A stretch of 64,000 nt of DNA from Nitrospiria bacterium (GCA_919901555.1 CAKKPG010000052.1:11951-75950); one strand, 5' to 3'. Numbered from the stretch's first letter, positions 1-9,856 are shown. A program made the numbers and translations. The notes: generated by a model from the letters alone, not told the origin.

Positions 1-757
1 CGTCCTGCACGTCCGTTTGCGGCATGATGATCGCTTCTGTTATGTTTTTGCCGTCGACATTCAGACACGGTGACCCGGACGCATTCTGCGATATGCATGA
101 CGATGAATACGACAGCGACCAGATGTCATTCCTCGTGTCACTGTTTATATCAGACTCCTCGCCTGCTCCTGCATGTATTATGAGAACCGCGTCGTACAGG
201 CTGAAATCAATATTAGTGCCTTCAATCTCTTTCGCTTTCGTAATGCTGTCGTAGATAAGATTTTGCAAAGCGGCATTCGACTCGTCGCCGTAATACGCCA
301 TCGGGTTCGACAGGCGATAGGCGGCTCCGGGCGCGGCGGGAAATACCGTGATGTTCACCGTGAGGTTCCCGTAGGATACTTCTGTCCAGTAATCTCGAAA
401 TACGGTCTTTGCGTTGTTGATCCAATAATCAGTGTCGGCAGGATCGCCCCAGGCATAACCGGGGTCCGCCCAGGTACCATTTCCAGTGGTTAAAGTATTA
501 TCAGTATCTTCTTCCGGGAAATCCACTTTGAGAAAAAGAATATTCACCGCGGCCGGCCATGTTGCGAATCTCGGCGCAAGCGCTTTCAAAGACGCCTTGG
601 CCGCGAGCCTTTGTAATATATGAGTGCCCGGTTTTTCCAGCGGCTCCGGTTTGCCCTTGAGGAAGGGCGGCGCTGCGAAGACACTCGGGGCGGTCATAAA
701 AAACAGCGCAAGGATCAATCCTATGAATACGCTCTTGTTAAGGCCATGCGTTAACAT
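1..757 (-). CDS. Secreted M6-family (immune inhibitor A-like) metalloprotease, N-terminal part; runs off the window edge
   Basis: Not in the ORF track. Manual translation from ATG at 757: MLTHGLNKSVFIGLILALFFMTAPSVFA (signal peptide)...LFLKVDFP...DYWTEVSYG...YDAVLIIHAGAGEESD...DIWS, which matches M6 protease motifs. Confidence 0.75.
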   Translation of the reverse strand, partial: MLTHGLNKSVFIGLILALFFMTAPSVFAAPPFLKGKPEPLEKPGTHILQRLAAKASLKALAPRFATWPAAVNILFLKVDFPEEDTDNTLTTGNGTWADPGYAWGDPADTDYWINNAKTVFRDYWTEVSYGNLTVNITVFPAAPGAAYRLSNPMAYYGDESNAALQNLIYDSITKAKEIEGTNIDFSLYDAVLIIHAGAGEESDINSDTRNDIWSLSYSSSCISQNASGSPCLNVDGKNITEAIIMPQTDVQD

Positions 758-828
758 ATTCGTCTGATACCCCCGAACGTCTTCCCATGATCTGCCGTAC
801 GAACGGCCCTGATCTGTACAACGTTGGC

Positions 829-856
829 AAAAAAAGGGGGGCTTATGAAGCCCCCC
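829..856 (-). terminator. Rho-independent terminator of the lipoprotein gene
   Basis: Minus strand GGGGGGCTT-CAT-AAGCCCCCC followed by a T7 run. Confidence 0.85.
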
Positions 857-886
857 ATGGGCAACGCGCAATTCCGGTAATACCGC

Positions 887-2110
887 TTACAGCGCTGCGA
901 TCAGACACACACCGGCAAGATCCGCTTCGGAGACATTGACCAGTCCCGGGATATCCGCACCCTGATACTGCACCGTCACAGTGCCATCGTTATTGAATAT
1001 CACGGTGGTGTTGCTGTTGATGACCAGTCTGCCGGCGGTAGTCCGCAGAAGGGTGTCATCCCAGTAAATCGGCGTTGTGGTCTGGATACTGAACCTGCCC
1101 TCAAAGCACTGATTCGGGGTGAAGTCCAGCGTGAACACACCGTTGATGCTTATCTCTTCGTCCCAGTAATTACTTGCCGTGGCATCCGTATACGTCTTGA
1201 TGCCCACGACAAAGTTCTCGTAAGAAATACTGGCGACGAATGTATCCGGACCGATAGTCCAGCTTTCGCTGACCTTCCCGTTCGTTGCTATGTTGTCAGT
1301 ATCAAATGACGTTCCCGGAGTATAAGTGTCGCTGATACTGTAGTTGGTGAACGTCAGGTTGTAGCTGATGGGGCCTTCGGTCGCGTCTATGGTGCCGTTG
1401 CCGGTCATCGTAAAGATCAGACTCGTCGCGTTGCCGCCCATATTTCCGGTGAAATCTATGTCAGCGGTCATGGACGAAACGATCGTTCCATAATTTGACG
1501 TCGGATCATACTCAGTGATTGAAAATCCGGACAATGACATCGTCAGCGAGATTGAGGACGTCATTACTGCGCCGGTCATGGAATAGGTACCATTGATCGC
1601 TGTGTCATATTGTCGACAATCAGTAAATGTAAGAGTCAGTCTGAAAGTGCCCGCAGAGTCATCGAACGTTCCATTGGCGCTCCATGTTCCACCGTCGTAA
1701 CAAACACCACCATCGGAGATGATCACCGTTGCGCGCGATCCAACTGCTTTTTTTATCTGAGCAGTAGCCGCCGCAACAGCCGGTGATTTAGCAAACTTGT
1801 CCGACAGTTTCGCCGTGATCGCGGTCCCGCCTGTCAGTTCCATGTTTTTGGGGGCCTTAAACTGAGGCGCCGGCAGCGAAAATAAGCCGAGCATTCCCAT
1901 ATTGAGGAAGGTCGCGCCGGTACCGACCGCAAGACTTGCCGACTGGCTGGATGCTGATGCAGCGTAGGTCGCCTCGGCCGCGCTGGTGATCGGAGTGGGC
2001 GGAGGCGCTGAAGCCCCCCCCCCACCGCCGCACCCGGCCCAGACCAGCGCAAGGGAAAGAAGTACTGCGGGAATAACGAGCGACTTTCTCATTCTTCTTA
2101 TCTTTTTCAT
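887..2110 (-). CDS. Thr/Ser-rich, beta-rich lipoprotein of unknown function
   Basis: AAAGGAGG RBS before ATG at 2110; lipobox-like VWAG-C followed by GGGGG and a Pro linker. Confidence 0.75.
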   Translation of the reverse strand: MKKIRRMRKSLVIPAVLLSLALVWAGCGGGGGASAPPPTPITSAAEATYAASASSQSASLAVGTGATFLNMGMLGLFSLPAPQFKAPKNMELTGGTAITAKLSDKFAKSPAVAAATAQIKKAVGSRATVIISDGGVCYDGGTWSANGTFDDSAGTFRLTLTFTDCRQYDTAINGTYSMTGAVMTSSISLTMSLSGFSITEYDPTSNYGTIVSSMTADIDFTGNMGGNATSLIFTMTGNGTIDATEGPISYNLTFTNYSISDTYTPGTSFDTDNIATNGKVSESWTIGPDTFVASISYENFVVGIKTYTDATASNYWDEEISINGVFTLDFTPNQCFEGRFSIQTTTPIYWDDTLLRTTAGRLVINSNTTVIFNNDGTVTVQYQGADIPGLVNVSEADLAGVCLIAAL

Positions 2111-2377
2111 AAAATCCCTCCTTTGGAAAATTGTCAATGCTCCTGCATAATGCTGATGCGCAGATACCTGAAAACCGACTTGTCTTTTCACCTCCTTATC
2201 GCTGCATTATTCTCCTGCTCAACACATGAAGGCATCTCATCGTTAAGCAAAAGAATAAAGCGCAAAGGTAAACAGTTTGGTGAATTCAATATGCTTTAAA
2301 AAAAACAATGCGACAATAGATTTTTTTTACAGCCTCAGCAATATGAAAGCAATTTTAGAAACTTCCCGTATAATAGT

Positions 2378-2416
2378 CAAGGTACTATTCACCTTCCGGC
2401 AAGGTACTATTCACCT
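2378..2416. promoter_or_regulatory. Tandem 17-bp direct repeat in a divergent promoter region
   Basis: CAAGGTACTATTCACCT at 2378-2394 and 2400-2416 (22-bp period). Confidence 0.55.
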
Positions 2417-2562
2417 GCAAAATTGAACTGGCGATCATTTTTTGCGGCAATGGAGGGGATTTCTTTCTCAATAAATCTGTAAAGTGTTTCCATTTCTGCT
2501 ATAATTCAGCAGGCCATTTGTGCAGTATTATACTATGACATTCAAAAAGGAGGAGTGGAGAT

Positions 2563-2826
2563 ATGGGAACACTGGGTATGGTATTGATGGGCATCGGAAT
2601 CGTGATCGCATTGGTTTACGGGATTATTCTGTTGGTGAAGGCGTTTCAGACGTCGGTCTGGTGGGGTTTGGGCTACATCTTCGTTCCCTTTGTGTCACTG
2701 ATTTTTGTCATCGTACACTGGCAGGTAGCCAAGAAGCCTTTTCTCATGAGCTTGACTTCCATTCCCTTTATTGTTTTAGGCATGGTATTAATGCCTGAAA
2801 GCGCAGTAACACAGCTTCCCCGGTAA
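2563..2826 (+). CDS. Small integral membrane protein (about 3 TM)
   Basis: AGGAGG RBS; hydrophobic 87-aa ORF; GC hairpin at 2851-2887 downstream. Confidence 0.75.
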   Translation: MGTLGMVLMGIGIVIALVYGIILLVKAFQTSVWWGLGYIFVPFVSLIFVIVHWQVAKKPFLMSLTSIPFIVLGMVLMPESAVTQLPR

Positions 2827-2938
2827 CAGCCGCGCCTGACCGTTTTTTCAGCCTGCGGTTGCAAGGCGATATCTTGCAACCGCGGGCGCCTTCCACTGTT
2901 CTCCACTCCATAGCGCGGCCTCCTGCCGCAACCAATAT

Positions 2939-3001
2939 CGTCGGGGATAAACCCCGACGCTACAAGACGAGAAATCGTAGCGCCCTCGTTTATCGGGGGC
3001 G
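2939..3001. repeat. Pair of GTAG-type REP-like palindromes
   Basis: CGTCGGGGATAAACCCCGACGCTAC and GTAGCGCCCTCGTTTATCGGGGGCG in inverted arrangement. Confidence 0.55.
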
Positions 3002-3241
3002 CAAAACATTCGCGCGAACATGTCAAGTTCTGCGGAGAAATAACATAACATCATCATGGTGCCGTAGAACGCCTGCCTGGATATTATTGAGCGCTGTATA
3101 AGCAATGCCTCTAAAAAAGTACTCGACTGGCTGTTTTATCGTTTACAGAAATAGCGCGCAGAACACGACTATCGAGTCCATCTCACTATCTTGGCAGCTG
3201 AATATTTACAACCGTCATATTCTCGTGTATAATCACAGTCC

Positions 3242-4165
3242 ATGATGACCTTTCGGCGCATATTCGCCTCCGTCTTGTTGTCGGCAGTGCTCACGCTCAT
3301 CTCGCCCCTGCCCCTCTTCGCAACCCCCGAATACGCCAAGCAGACCGGGTTCGAGTGCCGGCGCTGCCATGTGGACGCGATCGGCGGTGGAAAGCTCTCC
3401 GAAGCGGGAGAACAGTTCCTCACGGACCTCAAAGCCAGAGGACAGTACCGGCCGCTGACCCTCACGCAGCATGTCGTGCGCCTCATCATGGGTTACCTTC
3501 ACTTCATGGCCGCCATCGTCTGGTTCGGGACCATCATGTACGTCCACATTCTTTTGAAGCCTGCATACGCATCGAAGGGACTGCCCAAGGGGGAGCTGCG
3601 GCTCGGCTGGCTCTCCATGGGCGTGCTCCTGATAACGGGCGTGCTGCTCACCATCGCCAGGATGCCCTCGTGGGAGGCATTCCATACGACGCGCTTCGGC
3701 ATTCTCCTGAGCGTCAAGATAGTCCTCTTTCTCGTTATGCTCTCCAGCGCTCTCGTGGTGACCGTTTTTATCGGGCCAAAACTGAGGAAACAAAAATCCC
3801 TCACTGTTTCGCTCGAGTCCGGCGTCTGCACCGAGGAAGGGCTCTGCCGGTTCGACGGGAAGGAAGGGCGGCCTGCTCACATCGCCTATAAAGGCGTCAT
3901 CTATGACGTGACGGGCAGCAGGCTCTGGAAGGACGGCTCTCACCTTGCCAAGCATGCCGCGGGCAACGACCTGACGGACATGCTCAAAAACGCCCCCCAT
4001 GCCGAGGACAAGGTCCTCGCCTTGCCCGTGGTCGGCAAGCTGCTCCCCGCAGGTGAAAGAGTCAAACAACCGTTTCATGTGCGGCTCTTCTTTTTCTTCG
4101 CCTACATGAACCTCGCCCTCGTCTTCGTCATCACCTTCATCATCGCCCTCTGGCGATGGTGGTAA
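3242..4165 (+). CDS. Membrane protein: monoheme cytochrome c + CopD-like TM domain + cytochrome b5-like domain
   Basis: Signal peptide; CRRCH; TM segment with YLHFMAAIVWFG and LLSVKIVLF; b5-like GVIYDVT..W..GSH..H.AG.DLT..L..APH. Confidence 0.75.
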   Translation: MMTFRRIFASVLLSAVLTLISPLPLFATPEYAKQTGFECRRCHVDAIGGGKLSEAGEQFLTDLKARGQYRPLTLTQHVVRLIMGYLHFMAAIVWFGTIMYVHILLKPAYASKGLPKGELRLGWLSMGVLLITGVLLTIARMPSWEAFHTTRFGILLSVKIVLFLVMLSSALVVTVFIGPKLRKQKSLTVSLESGVCTEEGLCRFDGKEGRPAHIAYKGVIYDVTGSRLWKDGSHLAKHAAGNDLTDMLKNAPHAEDKVLALPVVGKLLPAGERVKQPFHVRLFFFFAYMNLALVFVITFIIALWRWW

Positions 4166-4248
4166 CAACGGTCGAAGAAAACCTCTCCACGAAGGTAAAA
4201 TATATTGTATAATTGAGGCATCAATTCCATTGTTCGTAGAGGTGCTGT

Positions 4249-4944
4249 ATGGTAAAGAGAACGTGGCTTATCCTCTGTCTTCTCATGGTCCTGGCGCTGC
4301 CGTTGAGCACCCGGGCGGAACTGACCTGGCAGTTCGACCAGCATACCCGGTATATGGCCCTCGGCGACAGCCTCGTGGCCGGGTATGGCGCTGTGCCGGC
4401 TACCCAGGGCTACGTGTACCTGCTCCATCAGTCGGAAGTATTCGACTCGGTCCCGAACACACTCTTCTGCAATGCAGGAGTGCCCGGCGCTACCAGCGGC
4501 GACGTGCTGAGTTATCAGGTGCCCCAGGCCGTCACGGTATTCCATCCCACGGTGATCACCATCACCACCGGCGGGAACGACGTTTTGAACATCCTCAACG
4601 GCGCGGACCCCGCCACGGTCTTTGCGGAATTCCAGAAGAACCTCTCGAAGATCCTCTTCACCCTGCGCACGTCCCTGCCGGACACGAAGGTCTATATCAG
4701 CAACCTCTACTCTGCTGCTGAGGCTCCCGGCTCCGACGAAGCCGTAAAGACGATAAACTACATCATCGGTCAGACGGCCCTGGCATTCGACGTGCCCGTG
4801 GCCGACGTCTACAGCGCCTTCAAGGGAAAAGAGGGGTACCTTTTGCTCACGCGCCGCAGCGCGAGCGTGTACGAGGTCCACCCCACGAATGCGGGCTACC
4901 GGGCCATGGCAAAGGCATTTGCGGAAGTAATTTTGAAGAAATGA
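4249..4944 (+). CDS. SGNH/GDSL hydrolase, exported
   Basis: ALGDSL, GGND and HPTNAGY blocks; signal peptide. Confidence 0.85.
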   Translation: MVKRTWLILCLLMVLALPLSTRAELTWQFDQHTRYMALGDSLVAGYGAVPATQGYVYLLHQSEVFDSVPNTLFCNAGVPGATSGDVLSYQVPQAVTVFHPTVITITTGGNDVLNILNGADPATVFAEFQKNLSKILFTLRTSLPDTKVYISNLYSAAEAPGSDEAVKTINYIIGQTALAFDVPVADVYSAFKGKEGYLLLTRRSASVYEVHPTNAGYRAMAKAFAEVILKK

Positions 4945-5042
4945 TCCGGGGGCCCGCCTGTCCTCGATGCAAACCTTTGATACGCATGATCGCGTCTTTC
5001 CAGGGCGGCCCTGATGGGCCGCCCTCTTCCGTTCTTACGCCG

Positions 5043-5086
5043 TATGACCCCGGTCATACTATTACCTTGCCTTTTCATGCTATGAT
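5043..5086 (+). promoter_or_regulatory. Crp/Fnr-type site with class II promoter upstream of the cupin gene
   Basis: TATGAC-CCCG-GTCATA (5043-5058), 22 bp before an extended -10 TGC-TATGAT (5081-5086). Confidence 0.7.
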
Positions 5087-5165
5087 AAGATCATGACGAT
5101 AACGGAGTACCCATTCCCCTTTTCTCTGTTTCGCCGCTTCTAATATCTACCAAGGAGAATCCCCA

Positions 5166-5480
5166 ATGGAAACCATCGACCTCAAGAAGATGATCAGGTT
5201 CCTTCCCGACCGCATCTCCCGGGAGATGCTCAACGACAAGCCCGAGATGCGCATCGCCCTCATGTGCCTGAGCCCCGGCCAGAAGCTCGACCCGCACAAG
5301 GCGCCGCTGCGGCTGCTCATGTACTGCGTGGAGGGAAAAGGGACCTTTACCGTGGGCGATGAGAAGATCGAGGCAGGCGAGAAGACCTGCATCCTCTGCG
5401 AGCCGAACGTTCCCCACGGATTTGCCGCCGACAAGGGCGAGAAGCTGGTGGTCATGGCGATCGTGACGCCGGTGGAGTAG
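5166..5480 (+). CDS. Cupin domain protein
   Basis: PHKAP...VEGKG...PNVPHGF cupin motifs; AAGGAG RBS. Confidence 0.85.
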   Translation: METIDLKKMIRFLPDRISREMLNDKPEMRIALMCLSPGQKLDPHKAPLRLLMYCVEGKGTFTVGDEKIEAGEKTCILCEPNVPHGFAADKGEKLVVMAIVTPVE

Positions 5481-5600
5481 AATGATGAGAAGCGTGATGA
5501 TGTTTTTTTTCTGAATCTGTGGTATTATCAGAACATCCTTGGTCGTCCGGCCCCGCTTGAAACGACTGAGAACCGGTTCGCCGTCACTCCGGGACCTTCC

Positions 5601-7238
5601 ATGCGCCTTACGCTGAGCGTCAAATACGCCCTTTCCACCGCCGTCATTCTCCTCGCCGTGATGGGTATGACGCTCTTTGTCATCTCGAAGCGGCACGAAA
5701 AGCTGGTCATCGCCCAGACGGAGATGCAGGCAAAGGCGCTCTTCCAGCAGGTGGTCATCACCCGGCGGTGGATAGCCGACCACGGCGGCGTCTTTGTCGA
5801 GAAACTGCCGTGGGTAAAACCGAACCCCTATCTCCCCCGCTCCACCATCACCGATGAACAGGGCCGGCGGTACGTCAAACAGAACCCCGCACTCGTGACG
5901 AAGCAGCTCTCCTCATACGCGCAGAAGGAAGGCCTCTACTTCTTCCACATTACCAGCCTCAAGCTCATGAACCCCGACAACGCCCCTGACGCCTTCGAGG
6001 CGGCTGCCCTCGGGGACTTTGAAAACGGAAAAGCGACCGAGCTGTCGAGGATCGAAAAGATCGGGTCCTCTCATTATTTCAGATATATTGCGCCGCTCTA
6101 CGCCGAAAAAGCCTGCCTCGAATGCCATGCAAAACAGGGATACCGCGTCGGCGACATCAGGGGGGCGATCAGCATCTCCGTGCCCATGGACGCCGTGCTC
6201 GGCACCATCAGTCATGACAGAAAGTACATCCTCGTCGGGGGCGTCGGCGCCGCCGCCGTCCTCATGCTCGTCCTGTTCGTCATGACCCGGCGTATGGTCA
6301 TCAAGCCCATCGCCACCATGAGGAGCCTCATGCGCAAGTTCTCGAAGGACGGCGATCCGCGCGTTCCGCTCCTCGGAACCGGCGACGAGCTCGAAGACCT
6401 GAACGCATCATTCAGGGAGATGGCGAAGGCGATCGACGAGTACCATGCGTGCCTCCGGGAAAAGATCGGCGCCGCCACACGGGAGCTCACGGAGAAGAAC
6501 GAGGCCCTTCTCAAACTGAACAGAACGAAGTCCGATTTCATCGCGAAGACCTCTCACGAGCTGCGGACGCCCCTCACCGCCATCAAGGGGGCGATGGATT
6601 ACCTGTCGGTGAAGCTGGCCATGCGGGAGTCCGATGAGGACCGGGACCTCCTGGTCTTCTTCGAGATGATCAAAAAGAGCGCCGACCGGCTCATCCGGCT
6701 GGTGAACAACGTGCTCGAGTATGAGCGGACCGAGCTGGGCTCGTTCGAAATGAACTTCCGGGAGGTCAACCTCAAGGAGGTCTTTCAGGAGGTCGTCGCG
6801 GGGTTCAGGCCGCTCGCCGGGGAGAAGAACGTCGGCATCCGCCTCCACGCCATGGATGTCGCGGCCACCGCGGATGAGGACCGGATGAAGCAGGTGCTGA
6901 CCAATTTCCTTTCCAATGCGCTGAACTTCAGCCCGCCGTCCTCCCAGATCGTCATTTCGCTCGCGTGCAGGGACGAATATGTGCATGCATCGGTGGAGGA
7001 CCAGGGAGACGGCATTCCGGAGCAGGAGCGGGACCTGATATTCCGCCGGTTCTACACGAAGGACACCAGGGGCGGGACCGGCCTGGGACTCGCCATCTGC
7101 AAAGGCATCATCGAGGCCCACGGCGGAGAGGTCGGCGTGAAAAGCGCGGACAAAGGGGGGAGCCGTTTCTGGTTCCGGATCCCGAAAGCGAGGAAGGAAG
7201 AAAAGACCGGTGAACAAACGGCTGCTTGCAATCGATGA
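5601..7238 (+). CDS. Sensor histidine kinase with periplasmic c-type heme (DUF3365/Tll0287-like) domain, HAMP, HisKA, HATPase
   Basis: Two TMs around a domain with NPDNAPD..E and CLECH...GDIRGAISI; SHELRTPL; GTGLGL. Confidence 0.88.
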   Translation: MRLTLSVKYALSTAVILLAVMGMTLFVISKRHEKLVIAQTEMQAKALFQQVVITRRWIADHGGVFVEKLPWVKPNPYLPRSTITDEQGRRYVKQNPALVTKQLSSYAQKEGLYFFHITSLKLMNPDNAPDAFEAAALGDFENGKATELSRIEKIGSSHYFRYIAPLYAEKACLECHAKQGYRVGDIRGAISISVPMDAVLGTISHDRKYILVGGVGAAAVLMLVLFVMTRRMVIKPIATMRSLMRKFSKDGDPRVPLLGTGDELEDLNASFREMAKAIDEYHACLREKIGAATRELTEKNEALLKLNRTKSDFIAKTSHELRTPLTAIKGAMDYLSVKLAMRESDEDRDLLVFFEMIKKSADRLIRLVNNVLEYERTELGSFEMNFREVNLKEVFQEVVAGFRPLAGEKNVGIRLHAMDVAATADEDRMKQVLTNFLSNALNFSPPSSQIVISLACRDEYVHASVEDQGDGIPEQERDLIFRRFYTKDTRGGTGLGLAICKGIIEAHGGEVGVKSADKGGSRFWFRIPKARKEEKTGEQTAACNR

Positions 7239-7887
7239 CGACCCGGACATCCTCCGGGTGCTCAAGGCCAATCTCGAACTCTACGGATATGAGCCGGTCC
7301 TGGCGGAAAGCTGGGCCGGGGCGCAGGACGCGCTGGACAAGCAGCTCCCTGCCCTCATCATCCTCGACGTGATGCTTCCCGACGGAAACGGGGTGGAGCT
7401 CTGCAAGGACCTCAAACGGAGGTACCCGAAAATCCCGGTCATCATGCTGACGGCGAAGGACCGCGTATCGGACAAGGTCACGGGCCTGGAGAGCGGCGCC
7501 GATGATTATATCGTGAAGCCCTTTGAAACGCTCGAACTCCTGGCCCGGATCAAGGCCTGCCTGAGGCGCACCATGCCTTCGGAAGAGAAGGCCGAGATCG
7601 GCGATCTTGCCATCGATTTCAAGGCGCGGGAGGTGCGCGTCAAGGGCAAGACCGTGGAGCTGACGCCGAAGGAATACGAATTGCTCCGCCTCTTCGTCGC
7701 GAACCGGGGCGAACCCCTGCGCAGGGAGTTCATCCGCAAGACGATCTGGAAGGACTCCCAGATCTATTCCTGGAGCAGGGTCATCGACGTTCACATCCTG
7801 CACCTCCGGCAGAAGATCGAGCGGAACCCCCTCGAACCGGAGTACCTTATCACGGTCCCGGGCGTGGGGTATAAGTTCAGGCCATAA
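7210..7887 (+). CDS. OmpR-family response regulator
   Basis: LDVMLP receiver, GADDYIVKPF, winged helix ending ITVPGVGYKF; overlaps the kinase stop. Confidence 0.92.
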   Translation: MNKRLLAIDDDPDILRVLKANLELYGYEPVLAESWAGAQDALDKQLPALIILDVMLPDGNGVELCKDLKRRYPKIPVIMLTAKDRVSDKVTGLESGADDYIVKPFETLELLARIKACLRRTMPSEEKAEIGDLAIDFKAREVRVKGKTVELTPKEYELLRLFVANRGEPLRREFIRKTIWKDSQIYSWSRVIDVHILHLRQKIERNPLEPEYLITVPGVGYKFRP

Positions 7888-8005
7888 CGGACCGCGCCTG
7901 CCGTTCCTTTTCTCCACCGTCCCTCACATCAGCCACGCCAAGGCGTGGTACGGCATTTTGCGGCAAAAAGCTTACCGTGCTTTCCCTGTTTTCCCCAAAC
8001 AAAAT

Positions 8006-8059
8006 TTTACACAAAGTTAACAGTCTTTAACAGCACCTTTACCTGCGAAGTGCTATAGT
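8006..8059 (+). promoter_or_regulatory. OmpR/PhoB-type direct-repeat boxes plus extended -10 of the onr-nap operon
   Basis: TTTACA (8006), TTAACA (8017), TTAACA (8027), TTTACC (8038) with 11/10/11-bp spacing; TG-C-TATAGT at 8051-8059. Confidence 0.65.
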
Positions 8060-8175
8060 TTTATCATCGTAAACCAGACGACGGACGGAGGGAGGTGAGG
8101 AGCCGGCCGAGGGATGTACCACAAAATCCGCGATGCTTTCGCTTCACTTAAACACTCTCAAGGAGGAATGGTTGA

Positions 8176-9840
8176 ATGAATAAAAAAGTTATTGCTGGAA
8201 TCGCGCTCGTTGTTGCAATCGGATTCATGGTCGGCCTCTTCGTCGCGCAGGCGGACGCCCAGTACAAGGGCGCGGCGATGGTAAAGGCCGCCGCTGAGAA
8301 GGACGTCAAGGTCGGGACGTGCTACACATGCCACGACCCCGTGAAACAGCTCCACACCATGGGCAAGCACTCGAAGGTGAACTGTTCCAAGTGCCACGCG
8401 GGGCTCGAGAAGCACGCGGCCAACCCGGGCCCGGACACGCGGCCCGCGACGAACACCTCCTGGGAAGCGTGCGGCCAGTGTCACAAGGAACAGTACCAGA
8501 GCTTCATGAAGCAAGCGCTCCACCGGCCCGCCCGCGATGAAAAGTCCCAGCTCACGAACCGCTCCCCGAACCCCTTCTGGGACAAGCTCATGGCAGGCCA
8601 CGGTTTCACCAAGGAGCATAACCTCACCCGCAGCCACGTGAACATGCTCACGGACCATCTTATCGTGGACCGGGCCTACGGCGGCCGTTTTCAGGCAAAG
8701 AACGGCTGGGAGTACATTTTCGAGAAGGGCAAGGCGTGGGACATCCTGACGGACACCCATCATGAGACCAAGGAGCACAAGGCCTTCATTCCGCAGAGCG
8801 CCGCGGCCGCCAATCCGGTCTGCCTCCAGTGCAAGTCCCAGGACCAGATCCTGAAGTGGTCCTACATGGGCGACAAGGTGGAAGGCAAGACGACCTGGGA
8901 CCGGACCTCGAACGTGGTTGAGCTCGCCAAGGATTTGAGCCACGGCCTGAACTGCTTCTATTGCCACGATCCGCATGCGGCAAAGCCCCGGATCGTGCGT
9001 GACGGTCTGATCCAGGCCCTGACCCGGCCCGAGGCGGACACGCTCTGGCACAAGGACCCCAAGCGCACGAACATCAAGGTCATCGACATGGGCCTGCGGG
9101 GATTCAACCGCAAGATCGCGATCCTGGACAAGTATGACACCCGGCTCCAGTGCGGCCAGTGCCACGTGGAATACAACTGCAATCCCGGCACGGACACCAA
9201 GACCGGCGAGCCGGTCAAGATGGGCGACCAGCGGACCAACCACTTCCCCTATAAGGACGTGTTCGGCCTCTATGAGCACTACAAGAATCAGATCAACTTC
9301 CTGGACTTCAAGCACGCGATCACCGGCGGACTTCTCTGGAAGGCACAGCACCCTGAGGCCGAGGCGTTCTATAACTCCAAGCATGCAAAGGCCGGCGCGG
9401 GCTGCGACACCTGCCATACACCGAAGATGAAGAACAAGCAGGGCAAGATGTTCACCTCACACTTCGCCGTGACGCCGAAAGTCCAGCTCAAGGAGACCTG
9501 CCTCACCTCCAGGTGCCATCCGAAGTGGACCGAGGAAGAGGCGAAGTACGCCATCGACTCGGTGAAGGCGCACATCAAGGGCAAGATGCGCAAGGCAGAG
9601 TTCCGCATCTCCGTGCTGATCGACAAGATCGTGACTGCCAAGGCCGCCAATGTCGATCCCGAAGTGATCAAGAAGGCCCAGGACCAGCACCTGAAGGCCC
9701 ACATCCTGTGGGAGTTCTGGACCGCGGAGAATTCCGACGGGTTCCACAACCCCGACATGGCCAAGGAAGCGCTCATGAAATCGGCCCAGGAAGCATTTGA
9801 CGGCATCAAGCTCATCGACGATGCCATGGCGGCGAAGTAA
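8176..9840 (+). CDS. Octaheme cytochrome c nitrite reductase (ONR, TvNiR-like)
   Basis: Heme motifs CYTCH, CSKCH, CGQCH, CLQCK (catalytic), CFYCH, CGQCH, CDTCH, CLTSRCH; CHVEYNC; KAQHPE; AENSDGFHNP. Confidence 0.88.
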   Translation: MNKKVIAGIALVVAIGFMVGLFVAQADAQYKGAAMVKAAAEKDVKVGTCYTCHDPVKQLHTMGKHSKVNCSKCHAGLEKHAANPGPDTRPATNTSWEACGQCHKEQYQSFMKQALHRPARDEKSQLTNRSPNPFWDKLMAGHGFTKEHNLTRSHVNMLTDHLIVDRAYGGRFQAKNGWEYIFEKGKAWDILTDTHHETKEHKAFIPQSAAAANPVCLQCKSQDQILKWSYMGDKVEGKTTWDRTSNVVELAKDLSHGLNCFYCHDPHAAKPRIVRDGLIQALTRPEADTLWHKDPKRTNIKVIDMGLRGFNRKIAILDKYDTRLQCGQCHVEYNCNPGTDTKTGEPVKMGDQRTNHFPYKDVFGLYEHYKNQINFLDFKHAITGGLLWKAQHPEAEAFYNSKHAKAGAGCDTCHTPKMKNKQGKMFTSHFAVTPKVQLKETCLTSRCHPKWTEEEAKYAIDSVKAHIKGKMRKAEFRISVLIDKIVTAKAANVDPEVIKKAQDQHLKAHILWEFWTAENSDGFHNPDMAKEALMKSAQEAFDGIKLIDDAMAAK

Positions 9841-9856
9841 GCAGAAGACTCTGCTA

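Noticed and set aside
7946-7961. Sigma54 promoter TGGTACGGCATTTTGC (also TGGCAAGGAACTTAGC at 31869)
   Set aside because: Spacing is GG-N11-GC, not the required N10
8114-8179. 21-aa uORF overlapping the onr start
   Set aside because: SD spacing is poor and onr has its own AAGGAGG; there is no supporting evidence
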